Of a stretch of DNA of 64,000 nt, positions 1 through 12,387 are shown in pieces. Position 1 is the first letter of the stretch. Each line of letters starts with the position of its first letter. The position numbers and the translations under genes are program-made. This DNA comes from Cenococcum geophilum. Lineage: Eukaryota. Under the pieces are notes generated by a model that ran no database searches, was not told the origin of the DNA, and worked only from the letters and a program-made list of their open reading frames with translations. The DNA lies in assembly GCA_050273025.1 (NCBI GenBank), contig CP158635.1:8928001-8992000 (forward strand), read 5' to 3'.

Positions 1-2771
1 AGTATTCTTCTATAAGGAATTATTTTAGTTAAAGTATTAAGTCTCCTAACTCTTAAACTTCTATTAAATGCCAGCCGTATATATACTTAGAATTTCTATA
101 CTATTACTTATCTAGCGCCTAATATATCCTTATAGGGTATTTCCAATTCTTTTCTTTTAGACCCTTGTGTATTTTATATATATTGTCTATATATGCAATT
201 TATAATAGCGTATAGTATACTAGGTGCTTTAGGTTAACTCTTAACTTATCTTTATTTTTAAGTTTAAACCTCTATTATGTTAATCTAAACGTTATAACTT
301 TATTTATAGGTACTAAGATACGTTATTTACTTCTCTAGTCCTCTAATTATTCCTTTAGATCCTTTAACGTTATAATTAAGGCTCCTTTAATATAAGTTAT
401 AGCCTTCTCTATAATCGGGTAGTCCTAAATAACTTATTTATCTAACTACATATAAAAATCTTCCTACTCGTTATTATATCATTACCTATACTACTTTTAG
501 TATAGCTGCTAGAGTATATATAGCTTATCTATAAGGAAGTATTTTCTTATTACTATATTATAATAGCCTTTTATATATTGTTTTTTAAACCTAGTAAAGA
601 TCTTTAGATCCTTTTTATCTTCTAGTTTAATAAGCTACTTAGCTCTTAGTATACTTACCCTAGGCCTATTAGTAATTCTTTATATAGGTGCTCTATCCCT
701 TATACGCCCTAATATACTAGATCTCTTATCTAGTTTCTATTCTTACTATACGATAATTCTTTGCCTAAACTCTTTTATAGTTTCTTTTAGTTTACATCTT
801 ATAAATAGATCCTTAAAGTCTTCTTACTTTTTAATCTTAGTATTAATACTTTAATCCTATTGCTAAGCCTTACTCGTAATTTCTTTAATAGTCCTTATTC
901 TATTACTGAAATCTTAGTCCTATAGGATTTTTAATCCTAAGCTTACTTTTATCTTAAGCTTAACTCTAGCCTTAGTCTAACTAGGCTTTACTAGTATTCT
1001 TATCTTATCTTAAGAGTCTTAAATCTTACTTATCTCGTTTTAAGAGTTTTATACCTTTAGGAAACTTCGTCCTAAGCTTATTTATATATTGCTAAACTAA
1101 GCTATTACTCTACTCTATTAGTTATTATCCGTTATAAGTCCTTAAGCTTACCTTATTTTATCTTAAGAATCTTAGTTATTTTATATCTCGTCTTAAAAAT
1201 CTTAAGCTTTTAGCCTTTTGCTTTTATTAAGTGCTAAAGTAGCTTACTATCCTACTTCTCTTATATCTCGCGAAGCGATAGATATTATATCTAGTAGGGT
1301 TTTAATCCCTACTAATGTTCCCTATTCTATAGTGAAATTATTCTTTACCTCTTATGTAATATCTCTAAGGTCTATATACTCCTAATAAGCTACCTTTATT
1401 ACCTTATTATTACGGAATGTTTCGCCTATATTAAATTTATTGTCCTTAATATCCGATCTATAAACTAGTTTATTAGTTCCTTTATATTCTACTAAGTATA
1501 GCTCCTATAGCTAATAGCTTACGCTATATTTAGCGTCCTTATAAATTTAGCATACATTATTATAATAAAATGTAAAGCTTTTAATTAAATATTCTTTTAT
1601 TTCTTATAGTATATTATTATTCCTCTATATATATATGTTATTTACTAGTCTTATTCCTTTTACTATATAGTAACTTTAACTACTTTTATAGTCTTTAATG
1701 TAATAACCTTATTTTCCGTGGTTTATATAAGCTCCCTCTTTAAACCATTTTTCTTACTATAGAGTCCGCCTAAATGTCTTCTGCTATTAAAATCCTTAAT
1801 TTAGCCTCTGCTCTTTAGACCTTTAATTACTTAATTCTTGTTCTCTAGGTTTCTATAATTTCTTATTTTATTTCCTAGATTCTTTAGTACTACTTAGGTC
1901 TATTAGCTTTACGCTATACTATAGTTTCTAACTTAGCTTTAGTTGTTATATACTCTACGCCTTATATAACTATAGAACTCTATCCTAGCCTCTCTTAGCC
2001 TATTTCTTTTGGTAGATCCAATTATTAATTTTAATTACTTAATTTATTAGTTCCCTTAGGGTTTTCGCATCTTCTATTAGGATAATTATATCTTAGACTT
2101 TAGCCTTAAGTCCTTACTTATACTATACTATAAGCGCCTTATTATTCTACTTAACTTATATTACTAGCGTCTAGAACTATATTATATACCTAATTGCTAA
2201 GGTTTACTGCGTAATATCTTAGAGTTTTTTTCCGCCGTAGTTACTGCCTCTAGGTCTCTAAATATTTATATAAGTTGCTCTATAAACCCTTCCTAGCTTA
2301 TAAATATAAACCGCACCTCTTAATTAGTAGTTATTATCCTATTTGCTTATATCTCTATAAGGTAAGGCTTAAACTACTTAAGTACTCTCCCTAATAGGAA
2401 TAGTCCCGCATATGCTATTCGATCTATAGGTATTAGTAGCTTTACTCCTTCTTACGTAACCTTAAAGTATATTTACATAAAAAATCCTTTAAGTTTTAAT
2501 CTTTCCCTTAAGTACCTCTTAATTAATAGTAACTTAATCTTTACTACTCCTATCCTATTAATCCTATTTTCTAGCATTATATTATTTTCTATTAACTAGT
2601 TAACTATCTCTTATAGTTATTTAACTGTTATAGGTTGCTATAAGTTAGTGTTTATTATACTAATATCGTTTTCTAACCTTAAAGTAGTTGCCGCCGTTAA
2701 TGGCGTTGTGGTGGCTGCTTTTAGTAGTATATTATTTAACTTTATTAATACTATAACCTTAGTAGTAAATG
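1..2771 (-). mobile_element. RIP-degraded Ty3/Gypsy retrotransposon A, gag region (continues beyond left edge)
   Basis: Minus-strand de-RIP reading resembles retrotransposon gag (KLPSIERYSGERSKLKGF...AYAGLFLSGRALEWFEPY...MFGDPEAATTAEKKL...QYKQGLKAEVQD). It directly follows an LTR ending TTGTTACA at 2772. Many TAA/TAG stops. Confidence 0.8.
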
Positions 2772-3259
2772 TGTAACAAAGCCTTGTAGTAGGAACTACG
2801 GTAGACTTATTAATAGGCTAGGTATATAGGTAAATAAGAAGTTAATAATATAATAATAACTAGTGGAGTGGTTGCCTAATAGATTAACTCTAATTATATT
2901 CTAAGATTTACTATAAAGGAGAGAACTATCTAGGTAGGGACTGTAGTCCTTTAAATACACAACCGTACTCCTAAGAAATCCCCTTTATACGTAAGGTATA
3001 TATACTTTACTTACTCTATTACAGATCCTATAGATCTTACAGATTATATAGATTACGTTATATAACCTTAGTTACCATTCCTCGTCATATAGCTCTATTG
3101 GCTCTATTCTAGACCGTGCCTAAATTAACTAACTAGCTTCTTCTAACTACTCTCTAAATAGTCGTAATATTGTACTTAAAGCGTTCGTAATATCCTTATA
3201 GTAAATCTTAGAATATAATTAGAGTTAATCTATTAGGCAACTACTTTACTAGTTATTAT

Positions 3260-3484
3260 TGTAAGGTAAGGATGTAGATAGGGAGTCTAATAATAGAACA
3301 ATAGGTATATTGTATAGACAGAGACGAATCCTTAAGGGAAAAGGAGGAGTCTGTGTACAAGGTAGGAAGGGTTTTCCCTAGGCACGTATAGAGCACATGC
3401 CTTATGGGCGAGTCACCCCTAGGTTGCCCTAGGGTCGCCCATACCTTACAGCTATATAACTATCTACTTAGGTTTTACCTAATA
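3260..3484 (-). repeat. 3' LTR of chromovirus B
   Basis: Direct repeat of 9854-10078, differing by transitions. TGTAAGG...CCTAATA termini. Confidence 0.92.
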
Positions 3485-6400
3485 ATGCCCCCCCCCTTTA
3501 AAAAGGGTTGTCCCTAATCCTTTATATACTTAAGCCTTAATAAAACCCCATAAAAAACCTTAGTAAGGAAAAAATTTAGAGGGGAAAGAGCGTCTTAATT
3601 TTGCGTATAAAGAGACGGGTGGTACATATACGCGGCGCGAAGATGTTAAGGAACTTTAACCGGCGGTCGAAGTTATCTAATTGGTTAGATTTGCCTTGCT
3701 AAGACTCCCCCACATTTAACTAAGCTAGTAGCGATTTTATATACCCGGTATAGAAAATCCTAATTGGTCTATTTAATAGGTAGAGCTAGTGGAGCTTAAT
3801 ACCATCGCCTGAATTTGGTAGACCAGAAATATTCTAAAAGCTCGCTTATATAGGTAGGTCGCTAGTACCTCGCGGGTCGGTTATAGGTTATTTATATACA
3901 GCCAGATTTATGGACAGTAAGGCTATATACCTGTTAAATCCGCCGCTAACCCTACTTTAGCCTTACGCTATACCGGCGTAGCGCCGTATATACTTTGTAG
4001 GTAGGTTATAGGTTACTTGCATATAGCTAGGTTTAGGACGGTAAGGCTATATACCTATTAAATCCGCCGCTAACCCATACTTTAGCCTTACGCGTTATCT
4101 ATATAGTATATGTATAGAATAGTATAAGTTATTAGTATAGGTTGCTACTAGCGGGTTACTAGCAGGTTATAGACCCTGGTTAAATAGACCCTAGTTATAA
4201 ATGGGCCTATTTTCTAATATATAAATAATCTGCTTAGCTGGCATAGAGTGACGGACTAGGTATAGGATATTAATAAATTAAAACTTCACCCCGTATATAC
4301 GCCGCAGTTTTTATAGCAATTATTACTTATTCTTTAATCCCTTAGGACGTCCTCTATTCCGCTTTAATATAGGTTATATTTTAATAGCGGCGCTTACTTT
4401 TTACCTGCGCTTTAGCTATAAGGCTAAGGTATTCCGCTTGCAGTACTCGTTTAGCAGTTATTAATAATTCTTAAGTTCTGTCTTGTATTTCTATTTATTA
4501 TACTTATTTAACCATCCTAGCTATTTAATAAGGTACTATGGTTATCTAGTACGATCCTAGTAGGCGACAATTGCTTCTACTTCCCAGCTGCCTTCTTTAA
4601 GCTCTTCTACTGCCGGGGGTTAAAACCTAGGGCGTGACCTATAAGGCTCTAGTAGGGAGATATAGAAGACTAGGTGGAGCCGTGCTATAGTAGGTAGAAG
4701 CTCTAGCTTATATACTTGCTACCCTACGCGCTCTAGGATCTAAAACGGTCCCATAAACTTATAGTTAAGCTTTTTATAGGGACGTTTTGTGCGGATGTTC
4801 TTAGAGGAAAGTAGGACTTGTTTACCGACGGCGAAGTGTTTAGCTAGGTGGTAATAATTGTAGTATTTTGCCTGAAGCTTTTAGGTGTATATTATTAACG
4901 CCGCCGCTACCTTATGTGTAAGGTGTAGGCGTTATAGGTACGTCTCTGCGAGTTGGATATTTGTTAACTTAGACCCCTCCCTACCTTATTAAGCGTCTTA
5001 AACGCTGTCTGGGACTCCGTCTAAGACGTTTAGTAGCTAGCTATAGGCGAGCTTAATAGGGGAACGCTTTATTATGGTATAGACCTTAGAGTTATAGGTA
5101 AATGCTACTTCTTTAAGTAGGGAGGCCCAATTAGACTGTTTCTAGTTCGTAAATATACGTAGGTATACCTTAAGCTTCTGGTTCTAACGCTCTATCTAAC
5201 TATCTATTTGCGGGTGAAATATAGTGCTAAGTTTACGTTAAACGCGGAGATAGTAGCACATAGTGCTCTAGTACTCGCTTATAAATATACTCCCCCTATT
5301 AAAGACGATATTGTTTAGAGGCCCTATTTATATAAAGACTCTAAATAAAAGTTCTGCGAGTTGTGTAGTATTAATTGTCTTACGCACTAGATAGTAGCGT
5401 ACTAGCTTTATAAAACGGTCTATAAGGACAAGGACGGAGTTATACTCTACGCTATTAGGAGTCTTAGACTCTAGGAGATCTATAATAAAGTTAAGTAAAT
5501 AATGCCGCTAGGCTTAGGTGGGGGCCTAGAGAGGCTATAGCTCACTATAGGGCTTATAGTGGCGCGATTTAGAGCATTAGTAGGTATTATAATTATCTAG
5601 GTATTTACGGAGGTTCTAGGTAAGGCCGTTCTAAGCATACTTCTACGCGATTACCTTAAAAGTATAGTTAAAACCATAGTGGCCGCCTATAGGATCGTTA
5701 TGATTCCGCTTAAGGATCTCCTATTATAATAGTATGTAATTTAGCACCTAGACCTTATTATTTTGCCTTAGGAGTCCTTAATTATTAAGGGTATAGTCCT
5801 TATTACTAGTAGGAACTTGTTCCTAGGTTAACTAATTATATATAGAGCGTGTAAAGGCGTCCCTTTTTTATACTCTATAAATAAAATTAACTAGTAACTT
5901 AGGGGGGTGTTCTATAAACGCTATTTCGGCTAAAGTAGCTACTACTACCTCTTGCCGTAGTACGAGACTTTACGCAAAGTTAGTGCTAGCGAAGTAACGT
6001 GCGATATATAGGTAACTCGCTAGGTTATTATAGGGGACTATAGCCTAGGCCAAGGGGTCTTCCCTAGGGTTAAGCGCCATTAGGTTAGTTGAAGTGGTCT
6101 TAAAGAGAATAGTAGGACGCTCTAGTCCGCCGGCGCTAAGTTCGCGAGGGTTGCTTATATACTGCACGTATGCTACTTACTAGTTTGGTATAGTAGTACT
6201 AGGGCCGCCTATAAGGCCTATAACCCGCAACTTTTACTATAATATAGGCAGTATAGCATTAAGGATTATCCTCTTACTGCTATTTTTAAAGCCTTTAGTA
6301 TAATCCAGGCGCTAGGATAGTGTGTTAGTAGAATTTATCTTACCTGGCTTATATTTAATCTTAAAATCGAACTTAGCTAGTTTCTTAGTGTATTAGGCCT

Positions 6401-9400
6401 AGCGAGCAGATAAGCTCTTAGTAGTTATAAAGTACTTAAGATTATTATAATTGCAGAGTACGCGCGTTATATACGCGGCGTGTTTAAGGTAATGGCGCCA
6501 TGTCTTAAAGTATTGCACTATAGCGAGTAGTTCTTTATTATATGTATTATACCATACTTTTAGGCTAGTAAGCTTCTAACTATAGTAGGCGATTAGATAC
6601 CAGTGGAGTTAATCTCCCTACCCCAAAGGCTATAGAAGTATACCGCTATAGATATAATTAAAAGCGTTAGTAATTACTATTAGGGGTAGATTAAGGTCAA
6701 AGTGGCGAAGTAGAGAAGCCTATATAAACGCAGCGCGTAGTTTACGGAACGCCTACTACGCGTTATCGGGCTAGGACTAGGGTTAATACTATTTAGTAAG
6801 CCCTTTTAACTTACACTTCTTCTTCTTCTCCCTATTTAATATTAGGTTATAATGTGCCTATATAAGATGTGCGTATAGGGGGTATGCGGTATCCAAGTAG
6901 TTCTAGATAAATTGCCTATAGAAGTTAGCAAAGCTAAGGAAGACCTGGATGTCCCTATAGGACTTAGGCTTAGGCCATTTTTTAATAGCTTTTACGCGGT
7001 CTAGGTCTATTATAATACCCCTAGGGGTAATAATAAAGCCTAGGAACTTAACGTTCTTAATATAAAAGATATAGTTTAATAGTTTAGCGTATAGGCCCTA
7101 AGCGCGGAGCTATTGTAGTACCTACTTAACGTGCTTAACGTACTTATCCTTGTTATTTAAGTAGATAAGAATATTATTTAGGTAAACTACGTAAATAGTA
7201 TCTACTAGGGTTCCTAGAGCTTTATAAATGTAGCTTTAGAAAGTTATAGGGGTGTTAGTAAGACTAAAGGGCATTATTAGGTACTTAAAGTGACTATAGC
7301 GTGTCTTAAATACAGTCTTCTATTTATCTCCCTTTTTAATGCGAATCCTATAGTACGTATTATAAAGATTTAGCTTTATAAATATCTTTATATAGTTAAG
7401 CCTATTAAAGAGCTTACTGACTAGTGGTAGGGGGTACCGATTTTTAATTGTGATCTTATTTAGGCGTCTATAGTCAACGTATAGCCATATTATACTATCT
7501 GCTTTTAGTATAAAGAGGATGGGCGCTCTAGTAGGAAACTTGCTGGGCCTAATCTAGCTCTTTTTAAGAGCACTGTTTATAAGATCTATAACTTTTTCTA
7601 TAAGAGGTTGTAGAGGGGCATTTATAGTGGCGTCTTGCCTTTTTTTAAGTTAATTGCATAGTCGTACTTAGAGTTCTGCGGTAGTATGCTTGCTAGCTTA
7701 TTAAAAAAGATATTAATTTCTTCCTTATATACCTCTGGTAGGCTAGGGGCTATAGAGGTTAAAGCGACTATTATATAGTAGTATACTTCTAGGAGCTAGT
7801 AAAGAGAAGGGTGCGGCTAATATATGTTTCGTAGGTATACTTATATAGAGAGTGTATATAGCTCTGCTATAGTATACTTAATAGTTTTAGGGTTTTGATT
7901 ACCTCCTCCTTATATATAGGTAATCTGCGCTAGCACCGGAGGGTCTCTGCGGGTACTCGCTGCTAGTAACGGTAGGTCCTCTACTATGTTTATAACTGGT
8001 GTCTCTATATCCGGAGGGTCTGTATAGGTACTTGCTGCTAGTAATAATAGGTCCTTTATTATATTTACGACCGGCGTAGAGAAGGAGTCTTCTGGCTATA
8101 GCGAATAGACTATTTCGCTAGCCTTAATATCTGCTAGGAGAGCGTTAATGGTGACTATTTAGAGGCGTTTAGGGTCCGAAGTACCCTAGATAAACTATCT
8201 AGAACGGAAGCTAATTAATAGATCTACTTCTGCGAGCTAATCCTATCTAAGAACCATATTATAACTATTAAATAAGCCGCCCTAAAAGGTCTGCGGGTTA
8301 ATAGTGTAAGAGGTACCCTAGGAGTCGCTAGTGGTAACTATTAGATTATAAGCATCCTAGATTATTATCTGGTTGCTATTAAGGAAATATATAATAGGTT
8401 TACGTAAACGTAGCGCGTAGCGTATAGGTAGGTTAAACCTATAGACAATATCTTAATTAATAAGGTTAATTTGGCACCTATTATTATATAAAGCATATAG
8501 GCGGACTTTACCCTAGGGCGTATCTATCGCGATATATACTATAATACATTTCTTCTTTCCCTCTGTATTAGGCCCTAGTTATAATTAAGAAAGATACGCT
8601 ACTAGGGCTTTAGGTTTTCCGAAGCCCGAGCTAACTTCTTCTTATTAGCCTACTTCTAGTGTTTCTTATAGTGGCCGCCTGCGGTCCTTTGACTCGCCTA
8701 TATAGTACTAGCGTCTAGGGGGTCCCCTAAGCTATCTGGCTTTTAGGTAGTCTCCCTAGGAGTTTACTTAGAAAAGCGTTGCCCTTTTTAAGTTCTGTTC
8801 CCTAAGCCTAACTCTATAGAGCCTGTGCTGTAACCGCGCTTTATACGCGATAATTTGCCGCTACTACTTACGCGATCTTCCGCGAGCTTTATGGTATTAA
8901 GCAATTGCTTTATATAGCGGATTTTGTTAAAGAGGTCTTTAGCGGTTCTTACCTATTAGGCGAAGTTTTAGCGGAAGAGCTTTGCTTATAGGTGGGCTAG
9001 GAGATATAAGAACTAAAAGTCTACCTATTGTTTAGGATTGATAAAAGGGGTATATAAGAAGAGGTCCTTTAAGCTACGTATACGGGCTAGGAAGACGTTA
9101 AACCTCTAGTTCTCCTTTATAATAGCCGTATAGTACATTATAGCGTTATTAAAGCGTCTTACTATAGGGTTCCTAATCTAGTCTTGGACTATAGTCTTAA
9201 ATTTGTCCTATAGTAAAGGACCCTTATCCTTAGTACCTAACCGGTAATAAACTAGTTAGGTAATTGTCTTTTCTTTTATAAGACCTTTAATAGTCTAGCG
9301 CGTGTGTTGCTTATAGTTATAGTTAGCGTTATTAACCTTAAATTGGTTCTTAACTACGGCGATCTACTAGTTAAAATGCTATTAAGTAGTACCGCTAATA

Positions 9401-9853
9401 TTGGGTAGTGACTTCTTAACTAGGGTGTTAAGATTTAATCGGCGTATACGTTTACCGCGTAACTTATGCTCTTTACTAAAGAGGTAACGGGAGGGCTTTA
9501 TCGAATTAATAATGCTCCGTAAGTTGGCTATTTTCTTAGCTAGCTTATCTAGCTCCTTTATATTAGTGGTATTAGGTAGGACGCTAGTAACCTTACTAAG
9601 CTTTTATTAAGCCTAGGTATATAAATTAAACTAGTCTCTAGCGTTTATAGATATCTAATTATTTTAAGATTTAGAAAATAGCTTAGATGCTACTAGTATG
9701 CTTTTAGTAGTTTCGTCTACACTAGATCTTAAGGTATTCTGCGGTTGCATTGCTAGCGTATTACTATTGGGTGTAGGTGTTAGTTTTCTTTTCAGAGGTA
9801 TTGTAGAAAAATTAAACTGGCTATCCTCCTAAGGGGATTAGTAAGGATTTAAA

Positions 9854-10078
9854 TATAAGGTAAGGATGTAGATAGGAAGTCTAATAATAGAATAATAGGT
9901 ATATTATATAGACAGAGACGAATCCTTAAGGGAAAAGGAGGAGTCTATATATAAGGTAGAAAGGGTTTTTTCTAGGTATATATAGAGCATATGCCTTACG
10001 GGCGAGTCACCCTTAGGTTGCCCTAGGGTCGCCCATACCTTGTGGCTATATAACTATTTACTTAGGTTTTACCTAATA
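9854..10078 (-). repeat. 5' LTR of chromovirus B
   Basis: Direct repeat of 3260-3484. Confidence 0.92.
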
Positions 10079-10081
10079 TTA

Positions 10082-11035
10082 ATAATAATAATAATAGATT
10101 TAATTTACCGTCCGACCCGGTCCCCCTAATGGGTCCACGCAGACTAATTCCTATGGGAAAAAACCTCCTTATTTATAGAGAAAAACCCCATTTTTGGGTG
10201 AACAAAAAACTTCCAGGGGAGACGTGAGAGGTAATACTTCCAGATAGCATCCGTACTACATTAACGGGAGGAAAAACACCGTCAGGTTACTGCTCTGAGA
10301 CTTTCCCCTTACGCGGGAAAGTGTCTAAAATGCCTGTCTTGCCCTGTCTGCCACTTAAACCAATTTGCTACGCTTGTATATTGCCTATATAAAGTCGTAT
10401 GCCTGTCCCTAGCTCCTTTTCTAAGTCTCCTATAAATATCTCCTAATAATGACGCTTGCGCTCCGCCCGGGCCTATATACTAAGGTCTCTTATCCATTCC
10501 TCTATTAAAAGGTTTCTATAACAGGATGTATATAACTTGGTATCGCTTAAGCCCTAGGGCCTAAACCCAGGCCCTTATACCTATTTGTGAGGTATAGAAG
10601 GACGCTCTAGTATTTAATAGGGGGGACCAGTCCCTATAACTAGATACCCAGATTACCAGGTAATGTTAAAATAGGGGGCCTCTGCTACGCTTAGGGCGCG
10701 GATTGTTCGCGTATATGTGGGTACTGCGCGGTGTATATAGTATTTATAGGAGGGAGGGGGTACGCCGGAGGGATAATTGCTTGTCGATTCGAATGACCGA
10801 ACGTGTATAATAGACGTGGTAGCTATGTTTAAACTTTTTACTGGGGCTCACCCCCCAGTGAAAAAATTTTCACACCACCACCACCACGTCGCTGCGCAGG
10901 CGCTGCGCAGCCGTATACACGTCTCTGCGTTTGCTCTGGTAGTCTATTGACACGATCCAAATGGAACATCAATAGTAGCTGCCAGGTTCCCGGGCTCCAC
11001 CGCGTAAAAATGCAGAGGCCGATTTCGTCAAGCCC
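10082..11035 (-). mobile_element. Non-autonomous non-LTR (LINE-derived/SINE-like) retroelement, ~950 bp
   Basis: 11-bp TSD ACCTAATATTA (10071-10081 / 11036-11046). (ATT)n 3' tail on the minus strand at 10082-10095. No TIRs or LTRs. Pro/Gln-rich RIP-stopped ORF remnant from ~10787. Confidence 0.7.
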
Positions 11036-11344
11036 ACCTAATATTATTATATTATTAACTTCTTATTTACCTATATACCTAGCCTATTAATAAGTTTACC
11101 GTAGTTCCTACTATAAGGCTTTATTATAAAACTATTCCTTATATAAGAAGCCTAGCTACTATATTACTAGCTATATAGCTTAAAGCTCTATCTTATATAA
11201 GCTAAAGTTAAGGATTTATTTAAATCTAGCCGTTAATTAACGTATGTGATGGGGTTATAAAGGTAACCCTAGTTATAACCGATTTGAAATTAAAATTCAC
11301 TAAAATGCTAATTTAGTGGTAAATAATTAGTAAAAGCTATTATA

Positions 11345-11703
11345 AATTATCGCATCATCCTTCCTGCAAATCCTTTGGTAAGTAGCTTCTTCTACTACCT
11401 TCTTACTAGCCTCCTAAAGTTGCATAATAAAAGCTATAGCTATAGCTATAGCGGCGGCTACAGACTCTTCCGCCTACTTTTAGAGCGGTTAATTGTTTCT
11501 ATACCTTAATATACGCTAGGTAGACTCTAGGATACATTATATAGGCCGCAAAATACACACCTATGCTTGCGTATACGCTAGCTTAAAACTTTCTAGACTT
11601 TTATATAAGCTTCGGCGCTTTTATAAAGATTTTTTATTCGCTAGGCTATTAAAGCTGCTTATAGACGATCTTCTATATCTAGAGCACTCGGCTAGTAAGG
11701 CAT
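11345..11703 (-). pseudogene. Internally deleted pogo-like transposase remnant (psq-type HTH N-terminus)
   Basis: ATG at 11703 gives MPY*PSALDIEDRL*AALIA*RIKNLYKSAEAYIKV*KVLS*RIRKH, which resembles the Fot1/pogo N-terminal HTH. No DDE core remains. Confidence 0.5.
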
Positions 11704-11729
11704 AGCTTTAAGTTCTATATAAGGAAGTA

Positions 11730-12017
11730 CAGCCTATACAACCTCTAGTGTCCCCCCCCCCTTATATACGCGCGCAACACATAGCAATTTCGCTTCATAC
11801 GCACTAGAGAATTTTAAGTTTAACTTTTATAATTAAGCTTAAAAATTTAAAGGCTTTGCCTTTCTTATAGGTGTATAGCTCTTCTAGCAAGCGCACGGCT
11901 CTTTTGGCAAGCGCACTGTATCTACGCTGGATGGTGCACTTAACTAGTAATTACCGAAATTGCTATATATTGCGCGCGCACATAGGGGGGGGGGGACACT
12001 GGAGGTCGTACAGGCTG
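11730..12017. mobile_element. Tc1/mariner-type MITE (288 bp)
   Basis: ~60-bp TIRs (CAGCCT.TAC.ACCTC.AGTGTCCCCCCCC...). TA on both sides (11728-29, 12018-19). Confidence 0.85.
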
Positions 12018-12387
12018 TAAGGAGAAAAGTCGATGTGTTGGTGTTCACGGCTCGGCTGAGCGCCCGATCAGTCGCTGAGCCGCACGTGACACATACAACC
12101 CCCGTCGACATTCGCGGATGTCCACGGCCGAGCCTGCAGCCAAGCCGTGGACATCTTCGAATGTCTTTACCCCTACTGATCGAGCCGCTGATGCACGCGT
12201 ACTATTGGCCTATTGGCCCAGCCGTGCGCCCATATATTTACCCTATGCGGTAAGGTCACTTATCCGCTCGCTAAACGGCCAGTAAATATACTTTCTCTAC
12301 CTCTCCTCCCCGGTCTTTGTCTGTGTATATATAAAAAATAGGAACCCCCCTAGGGCACAGCTTCTCTAGCAGCGTCCTATCTTAAAA

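Larger units (their letters stand above)
3260..10078 (-). mobile_element. Full-length RIP-inactivated Ty3/Gypsy chromovirus B (gag, protease, RT, RNase H, integrase, chromodomain)
   Basis: 225-bp LTRs at 3260-3484 and 9854-10078. Polypurine tract next to the left LTR (~3485-3500). RT motif YLNNILIY (RIP of YLDDILIY) at ~7165-7190. Chromodomain-like WEVEAIVA..YLIK*LGW at ~4500-4590. 4-bp TSD TTAT (3256-3259 / 11044-11047). Confidence 0.93.
2772..11128 (-). repeat. 5' LTR of Gypsy A (569 bp reconstructed: 2772-3259 + 11048-11128), split by later insertions
   Basis: Termini TGTAACAA at 2772 and TTATTATA (RIP of TTGTTACA) at 11128. 2772-2920 is the reverse complement of 3193-3259 + 11048-11128 once the 4-bp TTAT duplication is removed. 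Confidence 0.75.

Noticed and set aside
1..2771. Copia assignment suggested by GGTTATAG near 2755
   Set aside because: The downstream protein reads as Ty3/Gypsy-type gag, and the LTR ends at 2772, not at that motif.
11960..12253. 97-aa ORF
   Set aside because: It starts inside a MITE TIR and is open only because the region escaped RIP.
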